Assembly: GCA_026066175.1 (NCBI GenBank)
Contig: GCA_026066175.1_4721.2
Direction: 5' to 3' (one strand)
DNA: 64,000 nt
Source of the DNA: a phage
A program made the position numbers and the translations under genes. The notes beneath the pieces were generated by a model that was given only the letters and a program-made list of their open reading frames with translations, ran no database searches and had not been told where the DNA came from. Shown here piece by piece: positions 28,046 to 38,724 of the stretch (position 1 is the first letter of the stretch; every line of letters begins with the position of its first letter).

Positions 28046-29657
28046 GATGGACCCAAAACAGATAGCCATTAAGATTATTACGTTACTGTTTCGTAATGCA
28101 CAATTGAACCATCCCGATCCCAGTACGATCGAACATGTTAAATCCGTCTTAGATAAAATCGAACCCCCGAAAAACCATCTCACCGTTGATGTGGATAGAG
28201 AGGTTTTCAACAACCTGATGAACACCATTCATTGGATGTTGGAACAACCGTTATCGGAACCTTTCGATAAACAACAGTTGCTACAAAGGATACGTTTAGA
28301 TTGCCTGGAACAAAGCCACGTTTACGAAATTCTCGCCGACGGATTGTACGATATCGAAGACGATGCTCATATCAGTAAGGTCTGTTCGCTTTACTACAAT
28401 GAATTACGTAATCTGATTACCCGTCGTCGTGTATTTGAAACCTTTAAAAACACGTACATGGATATCAGTAACGGCCGCCTTGGGGACAAAGAATTTTTCG
28501 ACGCGATGGCGAATTTGAAACTATCGCTAGATACCATCGAAATGGATACTGAAAACCCCGAAGAAATGTCCTGTATGATTGACGGCTTCATCGCTGATAG
28601 TGAAGACGATATTGAAAAAGTCGAACGTATGTTCGTTAAGGCGATGGAGCGTAACAGTCCTGAAGGGGGATTTGTCACCGGCTGGCAGGGGTTTAATAAA
28701 ATGTTGGGGTCGGTCGGCGTATTACGTCGTGGTACTCTAGGATTGATTGGCGCGATGCAACACCGTAATAAATCAGGGGTGTTATTAAAACTTTTCACCC
28801 ACCTGGCGTTGTACAATAAACCCCATTTCTTTTTTCCGGAGCGCGCAAAGAAAGCCTTATTGATTCATCTCTCAACAGAGAACGAAGTTGAAGAAAACAC
28901 GCTTCAAATCTACAAGAACATGCGAGAACAGGAAACAGGTGAATATGTCGATATTCGTAAGATTGACCCACGTGAAGCTTCACGCTATGTACTGAACGTT
29001 TTCAATAATGCGGGGTTCTCTGTCTGCATGCGTCGTGTTGATGGAATGAGCTATAAACAACTTGCTAACCTTATCGACCATTTTGAACGTATGGGTTATG
29101 AAGTTATGGCTTTGTTCATCGACTATCTAAAAATGTTCTCGTCAGAAGGATTAGATAGGAATGGGCCTACGGGCGCTTGGCTGCAAGAACTCTTCAACAA
29201 AGTACGTAACCTCTGTAGCGTTAAACGTATTTTAGGTATGACCGTACACCAGTTGTCTTCTGATGCGAAGATGCGGGCACGTGATGGTAACGATGAAGAA
29301 TTTGTTGACCAAGTCGCCGGTTTAAGTTACTGGGATGGATGTAAAGGGATTGACCGTGAGATTGACCTTGAGGTAATTGTTGATATCGTTAAGGAACCTG
29401 GCAAACGTCAAAGCTGGCAGGTCTTTGCGCTAGGGAAAGACCGTCAACCGGATAACGGCTCAACAAAACCTGAAGATAAACATTTTGCGATGCCGTTCCA
29501 AACCATCGGGATGCTTCCTGACGATTACGGTAAGAAAGCGGTGTATTGCCGCAAGGTTGGCGGACAACCGGTCTCTGAAGGAGGCAAAGGTCCGTGGAAC
29601 AAGTTTGATGAACATGCCGCACCGAGTAATGAACTACAATTTGATTTAGAATTCTAA
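28046..29657 (+). CDS. hypothetical protein
   Basis: The ATG at 28046 (MDPKQIAIK...) is preceded by aaagga; the upstream in-frame extension from 27963 overlaps the divergent minus-strand gene and lacks an SD. Ends 26 nt before hairpin copy 4. Confidence 0.65.
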
Positions 29658-29682
29658 AACGCAAAAAAAAAATCGTACGGTT

Positions 29683-29714
29683 CCCTCCTCCAACCCGGAA
29701 GGGAAGGAGGAGGG
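29683..29714. terminator. conserved GNRA-capped hairpin element, copy 4
   Basis: ccctcctcc-aa-ccc-ggaa-ggg-aa-ggaggaggg between convergent stops (29657 and 29732); an A10 run lies upstream on the plus strand. Confidence 0.65.
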
Positions 29715-29731
29715 TTATGACCGTTATGGTG

Positions 29732-30058
29732 TTAACTTATCGTCATGAATTCCGTAGGTGAGAATTTCCAACCGTTTTCATTGAGAAGCGTGTTAAGTTT
29801 CGCTGCAACGATAAGCCATGCGTGCATGGCTGTCACATCGTATTGGCGATTAACACGGCGTTGGTTTTCGATATCGATTTGCTCCCGTTCGGTGATGTTT
29901 GGGTAGAGCGCGACGGCGCTGGGCTTCCCTAACGCATCACTCATTACCGCCTGACATTCACTGATGATGTTATTGAGATGATAATTGTAAACCGTTCCAC
30001 GCATAACACGATGACGGCATTCAATAATAGCGTCGTAAATAATTTCTCTTGTTGTCAT
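29732..30058 (-). CDS. small hypothetical protein
   Basis: 108-aa ORF with ATG start, 6 nt from the stop of the next gene. Confidence 0.55.
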   Translation of the reverse strand: MTTREIIYDAIIECRHRVMRGTVYNYHLNNIISECQAVMSDALGKPSAVALYPNITEREQIDIENQRRVNRQYDVTAMHAWLIVAAKLNTLLNENGWKFSPTEFMTIS

Positions 30059-30064
30059 GATCGA

Positions 30065-30466
30065 TTAAAACACACGTTCGTTTTTAGCACGGGCATCCAT
30101 AACCAAATCGTAGATACCAGCTGTTCGTAAACATTCTTCGTAATAACGGTGCGTACCTTCCTCCGCCATCCACGATAACCCACGACTATCGGCAACAATA
30201 ACCAGTTTGTTATTGTTGAATGCGCATACCACACGGTAAGTCGCATTGTTGTTTGGATCACGTGTAATCAGTTCGTAAACACCATTAACCGGTTTACTGA
30301 ATTCACCGTTCAGCGGAATAAGTTCCGTTGTACCTTCAGCAAACGTTACATTGATTGATGCTGGCTCTTTAGCAATGACGGTGTATTCCACGTTGTGTTC
30401 TTTACTGGTCATGATACCGAAATAAGAACTTACTGGAGAACGTGGTACACTAAGAATATTAAACAT
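30065..30466 (-). CDS. small hypothetical protein
   Basis: 133-aa ORF with ATG start. Confidence 0.55.
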   Translation of the reverse strand: MFNILSVPRSPVSSYFGIMTSKEHNVEYTVIAKEPASINVTFAEGTTELIPLNGEFSKPVNGVYELITRDPNNNATYRVVCAFNNNKLVIVADSRGLSWMAEEGTHRYYEECLRTAGIYDLVMDARAKNERVF

Positions 30467-30529
30467 GAATGTTGTCCTCTTAATTGGATATAGATTGTTG
30501 GTATGTATTTGAATAAGGTTGGTTTACTT

Positions 30530-31099
30530 TTAGACGATGAGCGTCCAGGTGGTCAGTACACCGCTTGCGAATTCAAGCTTAAGACGTTTACCAATAAGCT
30601 GTTGTTGGATCATCTTTTCCGTGATCCGACGATCGTGTTGAACGGCTTTATCGAATGCCTCTTTTGCTTCGGCTTGATAAAAGTTCGTTTCTTCGTTCTC
30701 GTCGATATCTTCGAATGCATCATCGTCGATATCAGCAAGTTTTACACGGCCGTTTTCATCGGGTTGTTCGGCCGGTTCGTTGTCGTAAGGCGTGTCTTTT
30801 GTCGGTGCGACACGGTGCTGTAGTTCAACCTGGGTTAGCATCACTTCCATCTCACCGTCGATAGGGATGATGTCATCAGCACTACCGTTTTCGGTTAGCT
30901 CTCGACTTTCCAGTAACGTCGTAGTAACAGTGAACACCTCCTCGACAGGAACCTCATCATCGTCGATGGTGTTAACCGTACCGCTGGTCACTTCGGCAAC
31001 AACCATCAAATCGAATGCGTGAGGGTCGCCGGGCATTTTGATCCCAGGAAGTTTGTTGAGATACCAAGGATCAAGAATCATGATTTCGGGATTAAACAT
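30530..31099 (-). CDS. acidic hypothetical protein
   Basis: 189-aa ORF, D/E-rich (DIDDDAFEDIDENEE); SD aaaagg. Confidence 0.55.
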   Translation of the reverse strand: MFNPEIMILDPWYLNKLPGIKMPGDPHAFDLMVVAEVTSGTVNTIDDDEVPVEEVFTVTTTLLESRELTENGSADDIIPIDGEMEVMLTQVELQHRVAPTKDTPYDNEPAEQPDENGRVKLADIDDDAFEDIDENEETNFYQAEAKEAFDKAVQHDRRITEKMIQQQLIGKRLKLEFASGVLTTWTLIV

Positions 31100-31174
31100 C
31101 GTATTTACCTTTTTATGTTAGGTGGGTTGCGGATGGAAGAATCAATGCATAGTCTGATTTAAGTTTGTTAAGAC

Positions 31175-32008
31175 TTACTTAGCTTTCGGATTATACGGAC
31201 TAACATGTTGTTGCATTCGTTGGATTGTTTCGTAGTACGGGTTATAATGAGTGAACATATTGTTGTATGGATGGTAGCCGTAAAGCGCATTTTGCCTTGC
31301 CGGTGAGAAACCTTTTTGAGAAGGACGATTTGAATTTACTGCGAGCACGTAGTAAACCAAATTTTGATGGTCGAATGTTCCTTCGTTTTTGAAGGTGTCA
31401 GCATAGGCGCTTACCGCAGGAGCAAGTCTATCACCATCGGTTGTAATGATCGTACCATCCGGGTAAACTTCTCGAACGATACACCATGTTCCGATGAGAA
31501 CATCTTCGGGTGTCTTATTACTGTATCCGACTGTAACGGTAAGGTAAGTATCGAATCCTCCTGAGCGCTGCGGATGTCGATAAATTGGGCCAGTCGTTTC
31601 TGCTTTATCGGTTACGGTTTTTTCGTAAGGACACTTCTTGATTGCTTTGATGTAAATATCGGGAATCTCTAATACCGCCTTATCAGGATGAATTCTAAAA
31701 TGATTCTTGAGTAAGCCCAAAAGGTTGGTTGCTACCACGTCGTGAGGTAGTACCCAATAACTGGTAGGGGAGTCATCGCCGTCTCTCTTGGAGAAGATGA
31801 CTGCCTTGTTATCGTCGTCTGGTAGACTGAAGAAAACGATTGACTCAATAGGCATAGCCAGCTCACCACAACAGGGGTCAGCGGATAACACCCAATTGTA
31901 TTTGTTGTCCGTTTCGTATAAATGTTCTGTTCTGTCGATACTACGATCCTTCAATTGGATGTAGCGTTCACGTTGTTTCTTGGTTAATTTACGGTAGATA
32001 GTGGTCAT
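31175..32008 (-). CDS. hypothetical protein, paralogue family B
   Basis: 277-aa ORF with SD aaggag; shares the N-terminal MT(D/T)(I/V)Y(R/T)KL and the PIY(R/V)HP...YPDG(T/R)I motifs with 32094..32867. Confidence 0.65.
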   Translation of the reverse strand: MTTIYRKLTKKQRERYIQLKDRSIDRTEHLYETDNKYNWVLSADPCCGELAMPIESIVFFSLPDDDNKAVIFSKRDGDDSPTSYWVLPHDVVATNLLGLLKNHFRIHPDKAVLEIPDIYIKAIKKCPYEKTVTDKAETTGPIYRHPQRSGGFDTYLTVTVGYSNKTPEDVLIGTWCIVREVYPDGTIITTDGDRLAPAVSAYADTFKNEGTFDHQNLVYYVLAVNSNRPSQKGFSPARQNALYGYHPYNNMFTHYNPYYETIQRMQQHVSPYNPKAK

Positions 32009-32093
32009 GTTAAGCTCCTTGATTACGGTAAGGATGATTTCGGTTTTGTGATGATGGTAGGACCACTTTGTTTAGGATCCTACCAGTACGGGA

Positions 32094-32867
32094 TTATTCA
32101 TGATCAGTGTAGAAATGGTGAGGATAGCCGGAGTACGATCCTGCGTTACCGGCTATGGATTCTTTCTGGGAATCGACGACGAGCGCGTAGAACTGTCGGG
32201 AATTTGTTAACGTTGAGAAATAAGAGGAAAGGACTTTTTCGTTCAACGCATCGCACGGTAGACAGGTACGCCCACAGAACGTCGTAATACGGCCATCCGG
32301 ATAGATCTCACGGATCATACGCCATTCACCGATATCAACCGGCGATGGCGCTGCTACACCACCTGTTATCGTTAAATAACGATCATACGTGGTATGACAT
32401 TCTGGATGTACGTAAATTGGCTTATTGGCCTCAACTTCTTCAGGAGCATAGCGTCGACCGAGAAGTTCAATAACCTCCAGATAGATTGTAGGCAGATCGC
32501 AAAGAACCCCTTCCTCTTTACGTTTCTTCGTGATTCGAGGACGAACCTCATTGATAACGTAGGCGAGTTCATTCAGCGCTTCTTGCGCTGGTAGCACGAA
32601 TAAACGGTCCGGTTTGTCGGACAAGTCTTCATTTACGTAAACGTAACAAACATCGTCTTTAGGCGCGTAGAAGAAGCGAGAGACCTTAAAGGTTTCCGTA
32701 GTACGATAACCGAGACGCGTTTGGTCCTGCACCAGAGAAAATATCCAGCGACGTCCTTCGTCCTGTTCAATGATATCATTGAACATCTTTGTTTGATCAG
32801 GAAGTTGATATTCTTCCTGTAATTTAGCAAGTGCTTCATTATCCAGTTTGGTGTAAACATCAGTCAT
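32094..32867 (-). CDS. hypothetical protein, paralogue family B
   Basis: 257-aa ORF; related to the 31175..32008 product over its full length. Confidence 0.65.
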   Translation of the reverse strand: MTDVYTKLDNEALAKLQEEYQLPDQTKMFNDIIEQDEGRRWIFSLVQDQTRLGYRTTETFKVSRFFYAPKDDVCYVYVNEDLSDKPDRLFVLPAQEALNELAYVINEVRPRITKKRKEEGVLCDLPTIYLEVIELLGRRYAPEEVEANKPIYVHPECHTTYDRYLTITGGVAAPSPVDIGEWRMIREIYPDGRITTFCGRTCLPCDALNEKVLSSYFSTLTNSRQFYALVVDSQKESIAGNAGSYSGYPHHFYTDHE

Positions 32868-32894
32868 GATAGTATCCTCGATTAGTAAGGTTGG

Positions 32895-33299
32895 CTAGTC
32901 TATCTTAAGCCAGATTGATGGTAAATGGAAATAGACACCGTCGTCTATTTGTTTTTGTGTTAACGGGGTTGGAAGTTTAGTGATGATGTTGTCGATCGAT
33001 TCCTCAATGTCACTTGTTAGAACGTCGATGTGGTAATAGCGAGCGATGCGTCCGTTACGTTCTAGCCAAAACAGACGAACGAAATCACTATTTTTATTAA
33101 TCGCATTCATAAACACGATTTGATGAAGCAGGATCATTCTTGACGAGGGGTAATCGTCAGGACGCGGAGTCATCACCAGTTCCCAACGTTTCCGTCGCAC
33201 GCCTTTTTTGAATTGACTCGTTACATTTGAACCACTTTTACCTAAGTTTATAACAAATTGCTTTAGACGATACGGTGTGTTTCTGTAAATATCGGTCAT
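32895..33299 (-). CDS. hypothetical protein, paralogue family B (N-terminal-domain-only member)
   Basis: 134-aa ORF; N-terminus MTDIYRNTPYRLKQF and C-terminal ...HLPSIWLKID align with the first ~130 aa of the two longer paralogues and stop at the LP(S/T/D)IY(L/I)K domain boundary. Confidence 0.55.
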   Translation of the reverse strand: MTDIYRNTPYRLKQFVINLGKSGSNVTSQFKKGVRRKRWELVMTPRPDDYPSSRMILLHQIVFMNAINKNSDFVRLFWLERNGRIARYYHIDVLTSDIEESIDNIITKLPTPLTQKQIDDGVYFHLPSIWLKID

Positions 33300-33383
33300 T
33301 GATTATAGCTCCAGGTTATTATCACTAAGGTAATATAGTCGTGAAATAAACTGGAGTAATAGAAATAATAAGACGGCATAAGA

Positions 33384-33414
33384 CCCTCTCCCAACCCGGA
33401 AGGGAAGGGAGAGG
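33384..33414. terminator. conserved GNRA-capped hairpin element, copy 5
   Basis: gcataaga-ccctctccc-aa-ccc-ggaa-ggg-aa-gggagagg, 6 nt downstream of the stop of 33420..34787; identical over ~39 nt to copy 7. Confidence 0.6.
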
Positions 33415-33419
33415 AAGTA

Positions 33420-34787
33420 TTAAACGGTTGGACGAACGGTGTTGTCTTTTTCCGGTGCAAGCCAGAGTGTGACGGTACCGTGGCAGGTCCATTGGGGTTC
33501 ACGTACAGAAGAACCCGCCATCGTAACAGCGCAATCGGTACGCATAACAACGCCGTAAGCTTCGCAAAGGTTATTGTCTTGCATCCAAACAACTTTAGCA
33601 GGCATGCCAGGATACAGTAAATCCATGTTGGCATGTTCCCATACCAACTGCATCGTTCGACCGCGTAACCCAGCAGTATTACTTAATTCCCGCCAACGGT
33701 TATCCGTTACCCGGCCCATCCCTTTTGCTACCTTCACGTTATCACTACGTTCTTCCGTCACATACTCGCTTACGTTCACGGTACGACTGATGATCGTATC
33801 ACCGCCCTTCGATAACGTCATTCCCTGGCTCATCTGACTCGCTGAAACAAAGCGTCCACCCGCATTACCTAACAATGAAGCTGCGTTGCTGATATCGCTG
33901 ACCGACGCACCTCGTGTACACGCGATCTCCACGTATTTGTCACGATTGATCCAGGTATTTTCCATGCCGGGAAACATATCGGCCGGATAATTGTAAAAAA
34001 TCGCCGTACGTCGACCGTCGGAGAAACGGGTTTCGTCATACAGAGGGTAGATATACAAATACGGTGATTGGTAATAGCAACCAACGTCCGCTGAATAAAT
34101 ACCGACCTGGTTCTGGATCTTATCAACAAGATCCATCGCGTTGGTACCATGAGGAAGAATCAATAACTTGAACAAATCATTGTTATTCGGTGCGACAATA
34201 TCAACACCCTGCATTTTGAAGCCGGTATCCGCTTCAACAGCAGAAAGGATTTTACTGAATTCGAGTCGCAGTACATCCAGAACTTTCGATCCAGTATAGT
34301 TCTCACCGGTTTCTGACTGCATGAAGCTTTCAAGAACAGGATCGAACAACTGGAATTGAAGATCGACCATCTGCTCGTAATCTTTCTTCGCAGAATCGGT
34401 TGCAGTACGTTCATCGGTTGCGGACATACGACTGTCTACGGTGGTTAAACAAACTGCCCGATAGACATAAGCTTGTGCGGCATCGTCTACGGTTTGGCGT
34501 TGTCCACGCATCAGACTGTACGCCTGCACGATGACGCGCATTTTAAGTTGTTGCTGGTACGGTAAAATGTATTTTCCGTAACTGCCCGGAGGGAACTTTA
34601 CAGAGATATAAAGTTCATCTCCTGCGTTACGTTCATAGTCTCGATACGTGTGGACTTGAGTCACTAAAGGAACAGACACCGTCATTGACGGCGTGATTAA
34701 TTCCGCGGTGACTTTATACGCAACAGCAACTGCTTCCTGCGCAAATGTACCGATATACCGTCCTAACGGCGTCTGTTTGTAATCCAT
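33420..34787 (-). CDS. hypothetical virion protein
   Basis: 455-aa ORF with ATG start, followed by the hairpin element. Confidence 0.65.
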   Translation of the reverse strand: MDYKQTPLGRYIGTFAQEAVAVAYKVTAELITPSMTVSVPLVTQVHTYRDYERNAGDELYISVKFPPGSYGKYILPYQQQLKMRVIVQAYSLMRGQRQTVDDAAQAYVYRAVCLTTVDSRMSATDERTATDSAKKDYEQMVDLQFQLFDPVLESFMQSETGENYTGSKVLDVLRLEFSKILSAVEADTGFKMQGVDIVAPNNNDLFKLLILPHGTNAMDLVDKIQNQVGIYSADVGCYYQSPYLYIYPLYDETRFSDGRRTAIFYNYPADMFPGMENTWINRDKYVEIACTRGASVSDISNAASLLGNAGGRFVSASQMSQGMTLSKGGDTIISRTVNVSEYVTEERSDNVKVAKGMGRVTDNRWRELSNTAGLRGRTMQLVWEHANMDLLYPGMPAKVVWMQDNNLCEAYGVVMRTDCAVTMAGSSVREPQWTCHGTVTLWLAPEKDNTVRPTV

Positions 34788-34789
34788 GT

Positions 34790-35395
34790 TTAACGACCCC
34801 GTTGCTGTTGTTGAATGATGAATTCTTCGATCTTCGTACCACGGAATTCGCTGTGACGAACCGCTTGCAGTTGCTCTTCAACGGTTGGGCCTGCATTGAG
34901 ACCACCACGACGTGCACGGTGGATACCGATTTTACGTCGCTGACCGATTTCACGTAAACGTGAGGTTAACCCGCTCATTTCCGTCGGATCTTTAATACGT
35001 CCACGTGCAACGTTCCATAGACCACCCATGAACTCTTCGAGGATACGACTTGCTTCAAGCGAAGGCGCACGTGCGTTAGGATCGTTTTCAAGATTGTACT
35101 TTACATACTCCGTGTGCTCCAGAAGAAGCGTGAACATTTTCATCGCGTTGACATCAGGATTAGCGATACGCATCGGAACACCACGAGAGTGCTTTTCAGC
35201 GGCTTGTGGGATGGTAAGCTGTGCCGGTACCTCTTCGTTCATCGTCATATCGTCGATTTCTGCAACCCCTGACGAGTAGACACCACTGACTTCGTTGGTA
35301 TAGTTATCCACCATGAATTTACGGGGGATCCAGAATTCGAATTTACGTTCGAAAAGACGTTTGGTTGGGGTATCTTTAACGTGTTGTAGACTCAT
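34790..35395 (-). CDS. hypothetical protein
   Basis: 201-aa ORF; its start overlaps the upstream stop (ATGA), suggesting translational coupling. Confidence 0.6.
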   Translation of the reverse strand: MSLQHVKDTPTKRLFERKFEFWIPRKFMVDNYTNEVSGVYSSGVAEIDDMTMNEEVPAQLTIPQAAEKHSRGVPMRIANPDVNAMKMFTLLLEHTEYVKYNLENDPNARAPSLEASRILEEFMGGLWNVARGRIKDPTEMSGLTSRLREIGQRRKIGIHRARRGGLNAGPTVEEQLQAVRHSEFRGTKIEEFIIQQQQRGR

Positions 35396-36708
35396 GGTTC
35401 AATAGCTCCTGCTCGTAACAGCATAATAACGAACGGTGTGAAATAATAACGATCTAACGGAGAAAGCAGTGGTATAGCGTCAACCATCTGCTTCAGTGCC
35501 GGATGACTGATTGCCTTTTCATCAATCATGTCGCGCACCATACTTTCAATAATCGTCATTGGTGCTTGGTTGCGATAGAACGCCTCGGTGAAAACGTAGT
35601 ACGGGTCATCGGCGACCGACGGGAATAACGGAATGCCGTCATACTCCATTGAGGTAAGGTTGGTCACCAATGGGTTCGTCGGTGGTGTGCTTTCAGGAAC
35701 AGCCAACGTTTTACCTACATCCTCACCCAGCGACGTGGTCGCAGGCCATATACAGAACCGTGCGCCACTAAAACGAATTCCACCCGCCGCCGGATACTGA
35801 TAGAAACGCTTTGTTGACAACAGCGTGAATTTCACCGTCAACCGCGCCTCGTCTTCCCGACGTCCGTCCATTACCCATTCAAAGACAGAAATCGCATTCG
35901 CTTCCTGGCTGTCGTCTACGTTAAGACGTCCGAAGTTCCATGAAGGTTTTCCTTCAAGCGACGACCATAATTTCGTAAACGCGTTAACACACCAGGGATC
36001 GTAGGTTGCAGCATCTTGACCAGGAACAAGCAGTGTGTTGAGTTCACGGCTGTAGAATTCATGGTAATACGCGTGACAAAGTCCCAGTGCACGACGGAGA
36101 TAATCGTACTTACGATTGTATTTCTCCGTTGCCATTACGGGATGTTTTCCGTGCTTTAACTGGTCTTGGTCGTATAGCGTATCCTCAACGATTTTTGCTT
36201 CCAGTTCGATAAGCTGTTTTTCGTCAAGAATACGTTGGAAGGAAATATCGCATTCGTAAGCCGGTGCTAAGCTGATGTTCTTCGGCGTGATTCGGGTGAT
36301 CGTGTACACCGCGATACGATGATCGAGACCGGAGATTAACAGCATGTTACCTAAAAGAGGAACCGATACCGCCGGAAGTATACACGTACCCTCTGATTGA
36401 AAACGTGCGGTCCCGTTGTCGTACGACGGCGTCAATGATGACATTAACTTGATAGGGTAATGTCTGATGCGACGGTACTGCTGTTCAGCGATGTCTCGGT
36501 TAGCTTGAAAACTGCTTTGTTCATCATCGCGACCGAGAATCTGTTCGTAATAATCACATTCTACGGAATAACCGGATGCGTAATTCACTAACCCGATTTG
36601 ACTATTGTATTGCTCATCTACCACCGCAGAACGATAAACATCGTCGCGAGCCTTCGCGGGTTGTTGGGGGTTGATGATGGGTTTCGCGGGCTTCTTAGCG
36701 AGCGCCAT
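35392..36708 (-). CDS. hypothetical virion protein
   Basis: 438-aa ORF with ATG start; overlaps the upstream gene by 14 nt. Confidence 0.65.
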   Translation of the reverse strand: MALAKKPAKPIINPQQPAKARDDVYRSAVVDEQYNSQIGLVNYASGYSVECDYYEQILGRDDEQSSFQANRDIAEQQYRRIRHYPIKLMSSLTPSYDNGTARFQSEGTCILPAVSVPLLGNMLLISGLDHRIAVYTITRITPKNISLAPAYECDISFQRILDEKQLIELEAKIVEDTLYDQDQLKHGKHPVMATEKYNRKYDYLRRALGLCHAYYHEFYSRELNTLLVPGQDAATYDPWCVNAFTKLWSSLEGKPSWNFGRLNVDDSQEANAISVFEWVMDGRREDEARLTVKFTLLSTKRFYQYPAAGGIRFSGARFCIWPATTSLGEDVGKTLAVPESTPPTNPLVTNLTSMEYDGIPLFPSVADDPYYVFTEAFYRNQAPMTIIESMVRDMIDEKAISHPALKQMVDAIPLLSPLDRYYFTPFVIMLLRAGAIEP

Positions 36709-38260
36709 AGCGTTTCACTCCTACGATGGTACCGACAAGGATTCTCGGTACGAATAAACTACGATGTTTGAACCACGAAGCGGTTGTTGGGATACGTTTG
36801 ATGGCTTCGATAAGCCCGATTAGCGTATAGCACCCCCGACTGTTCTTCTTAGGCCAGTACTTTTTATCTAGACCTAATACTGCAAACAGTTCATCCACCA
36901 GATTGGGATAACAACACAACGCTTCAAGTGTTTCAACCTGTAACTGACTTAAATCTAACAGTATCGCTAGACGAACGTGGTAATCACTCCGTAGGTCTAA
37001 TGGATCTTTCGCTTCAAGATCACCAACGTCGGTTAATGTCCACGCGTCTCTTGCGTAGCGGTATTTACCCTTCCAAACCTCAAGGAAAAAAGGAGACCGG
37101 TAATGACATTTTGACCATTCTGGGTACTCACGGAACCACCGAACAAGATCGGGATGGAATTCACCTTCTTCGGCTAACGAGTCCAACGTCACCAACAGGT
37201 TAGGTTGTTCAGGATCGATGGCAAGCAGCGCGGTGAAAAGCGTGCTTGATGGAAGTTCGGTTTCCACACTTGATGGCGGTAGCCATTCATCCAGATCAGG
37301 ATACCGATACGCTTGAATCGATGCACCCTGCTCGGGCAAGAACGAATCACGAAGAATGTCCTGATACTGCACCACCATACCACCACGACGCGCACGGGAT
37401 TTATCACGCACCGAAAGGCTCGGTTTGTAAAGGTACTCTTCGGGGAGTATCTGTTGGTGTACTTGAACAGGATACCGCGCTACGATGTGTGTTGGCGTGT
37501 CGTATGTGTAACGGTAAGAGAAGGTTGCGTTGTACGAAGAACTGTTCTCATTCTTCTCGGGTTTCGGAGCGTCGGTGAAATCAAATTGACCAGAGATCTC
37601 TTCTTGCATTTCCCTGATAACCAATTTAACGCTCTTACCGTCACCTGCAACCGTCGTCATGGTGGTTGCGCGGTTGTCGAACCCGTCTCTAAGGTATTCG
37701 CTGAACTTATCCCCGTAACCCGCTATTGCTTCCCGGTGTGTATGAATAACTTTTAACAACATGAGAAACTGTGTTGGGATCGCATAGCTGTATTCGGCGC
37801 TAAGGAAGGCAGCGACGTGCTGACTTGTCAGCAAACGTTTCATGTCGTACCACCAACGTTCGGCGGTGACCTGATCCTCGAAACGTTTGGTGATTTGCAT
37901 GGTCGCAACCATCGTACTGTAAACAGGCACTAACGACACACCAAGGTTACGGTCTTCAAATACTGGAAGACTGTTTCGTTTGTAAACGGTATCGTACATG
38001 GACGCCTGTTCTTCAGGGACAACGTTAAGCTCGATTTGGATAAACCCGTCAGCAGGCCCCTTTACATCCTGATCAACAACTTGCGGTGGTTGCTCGTTCG
38101 CGGCGCTCATTTTAGCGTGAAGCGCTTCCCCTCGAAAAAGAATGTTCTCCCGACTATAATCCCACCCGCAAAGCTCGCTGATCTGCCGTAACACCGCGAT
38201 TGCAACCGGACGTGTTACCGTCGCGTATACGTCATTGATTTTTCGATCAAGTTTAGGCAT
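36695..38260 (-). CDS. hypothetical virion protein (start uncertain)
   Basis: The ATG at 38260 (MPKLDRK...) has SD gagga with a 9-nt spacer; the track start at 38287 is a GTG placed directly against an aaggag. Confidence 0.6.
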   Translation of the reverse strand: MPKLDRKINDVYATVTRPVAIAVLRQISELCGWDYSRENILFRGEALHAKMSAANEQPPQVVDQDVKGPADGFIQIELNVVPEEQASMYDTVYKRNSLPVFEDRNLGVSLVPVYSTMVATMQITKRFEDQVTAERWWYDMKRLLTSQHVAAFLSAEYSYAIPTQFLMLLKVIHTHREAIAGYGDKFSEYLRDGFDNRATTMTTVAGDGKSVKLVIREMQEEISGQFDFTDAPKPEKNENSSSYNATFSYRYTYDTPTHIVARYPVQVHQQILPEEYLYKPSLSVRDKSRARRGGMVVQYQDILRDSFLPEQGASIQAYRYPDLDEWLPPSSVETELPSSTLFTALLAIDPEQPNLLVTLDSLAEEGEFHPDLVRWFREYPEWSKCHYRSPFFLEVWKGKYRYARDAWTLTDVGDLEAKDPLDLRSDYHVRLAILLDLSQLQVETLEALCCYPNLVDELFAVLGLDKKYWPKKNSRGCYTLIGLIEAIKRIPTTASWFKHRSLFVPRILVGTIVGVKRYGAR

Positions 38261-38636
38261 CGATGTCGTCCTCGCTAATTTCCTCACCTCCTTGTTGTCG
38301 ATATCCGGTATAATGAATCAGACTGCTCTGTAGAAGCTCTTTAACGAGCCCTAGACGCGTTTTATCTGTTTCATTGGACGTTTCCATTAATGTTTCTATT
38401 TCGTTGTTTAAAACAGCGTATAGCGCTTCTAACGGCAATCCTTGGATGATTGGTTTGATGGTACCTTCCGGTAGTGCCGCAACAGGAATCTGCACGACGG
38501 TTTCGTGTGCGGTATGTGGGTTAATACGGCAAATATACATACCGGGTACTGAATGTCGCGGGCACGCCGCTACCAAGCATGTCTGTTGCTGCGCACCGTT
38601 AAGTGCGAGTGAAAGAAATTTTGCTTCACGTGTCAT
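38253..38636 (-). CDS. small hypothetical protein
   Basis: 127-aa ORF with ATG start; ends in an acidic tail EEISEDDIDA. Confidence 0.55.
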   Translation of the reverse strand: MTREAKFLSLALNGAQQQTCLVAACPRHSVPGMYICRINPHTAHETVVQIPVAALPEGTIKPIIQGLPLEALYAVLNNEIETLMETSNETDKTRLGLVKELLQSSLIHYTGYRQQGGEEISEDDIDA

Positions 38637-38682
38637 CGCAGATTCCTGTTTGAAAGATAAGATATCACATGATGGTCGACAG

Positions 38683-38716
38683 CATAAAGCCCACCCCGAA
38701 GGGCGGGCTGTTTATG
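38683..38716. terminator. hairpin cataa-agcccaccc-cgaa-gggcgggct-g-tttatg downstream of the 1127-aa gene
   Basis: 9-bp GC-rich stem (one mismatch) plus 5-bp A/T flanks that extend the stem, 9 nt after the stop at 38725; it has the same CATAA...TTATG flanks as the conserved element family. Confidence 0.5.
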
Positions 38717-38724
38717 CGTACGGA

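Noticed and set aside
33296-33634. 112-aa minus-strand ORF overlapping the 3' end of 33420..34787 and hairpin copy 5
   Set aside because: It is read in a different frame across another gene's C-terminus and through the terminator hairpin, has no SD and a low-complexity translation; likely spurious.
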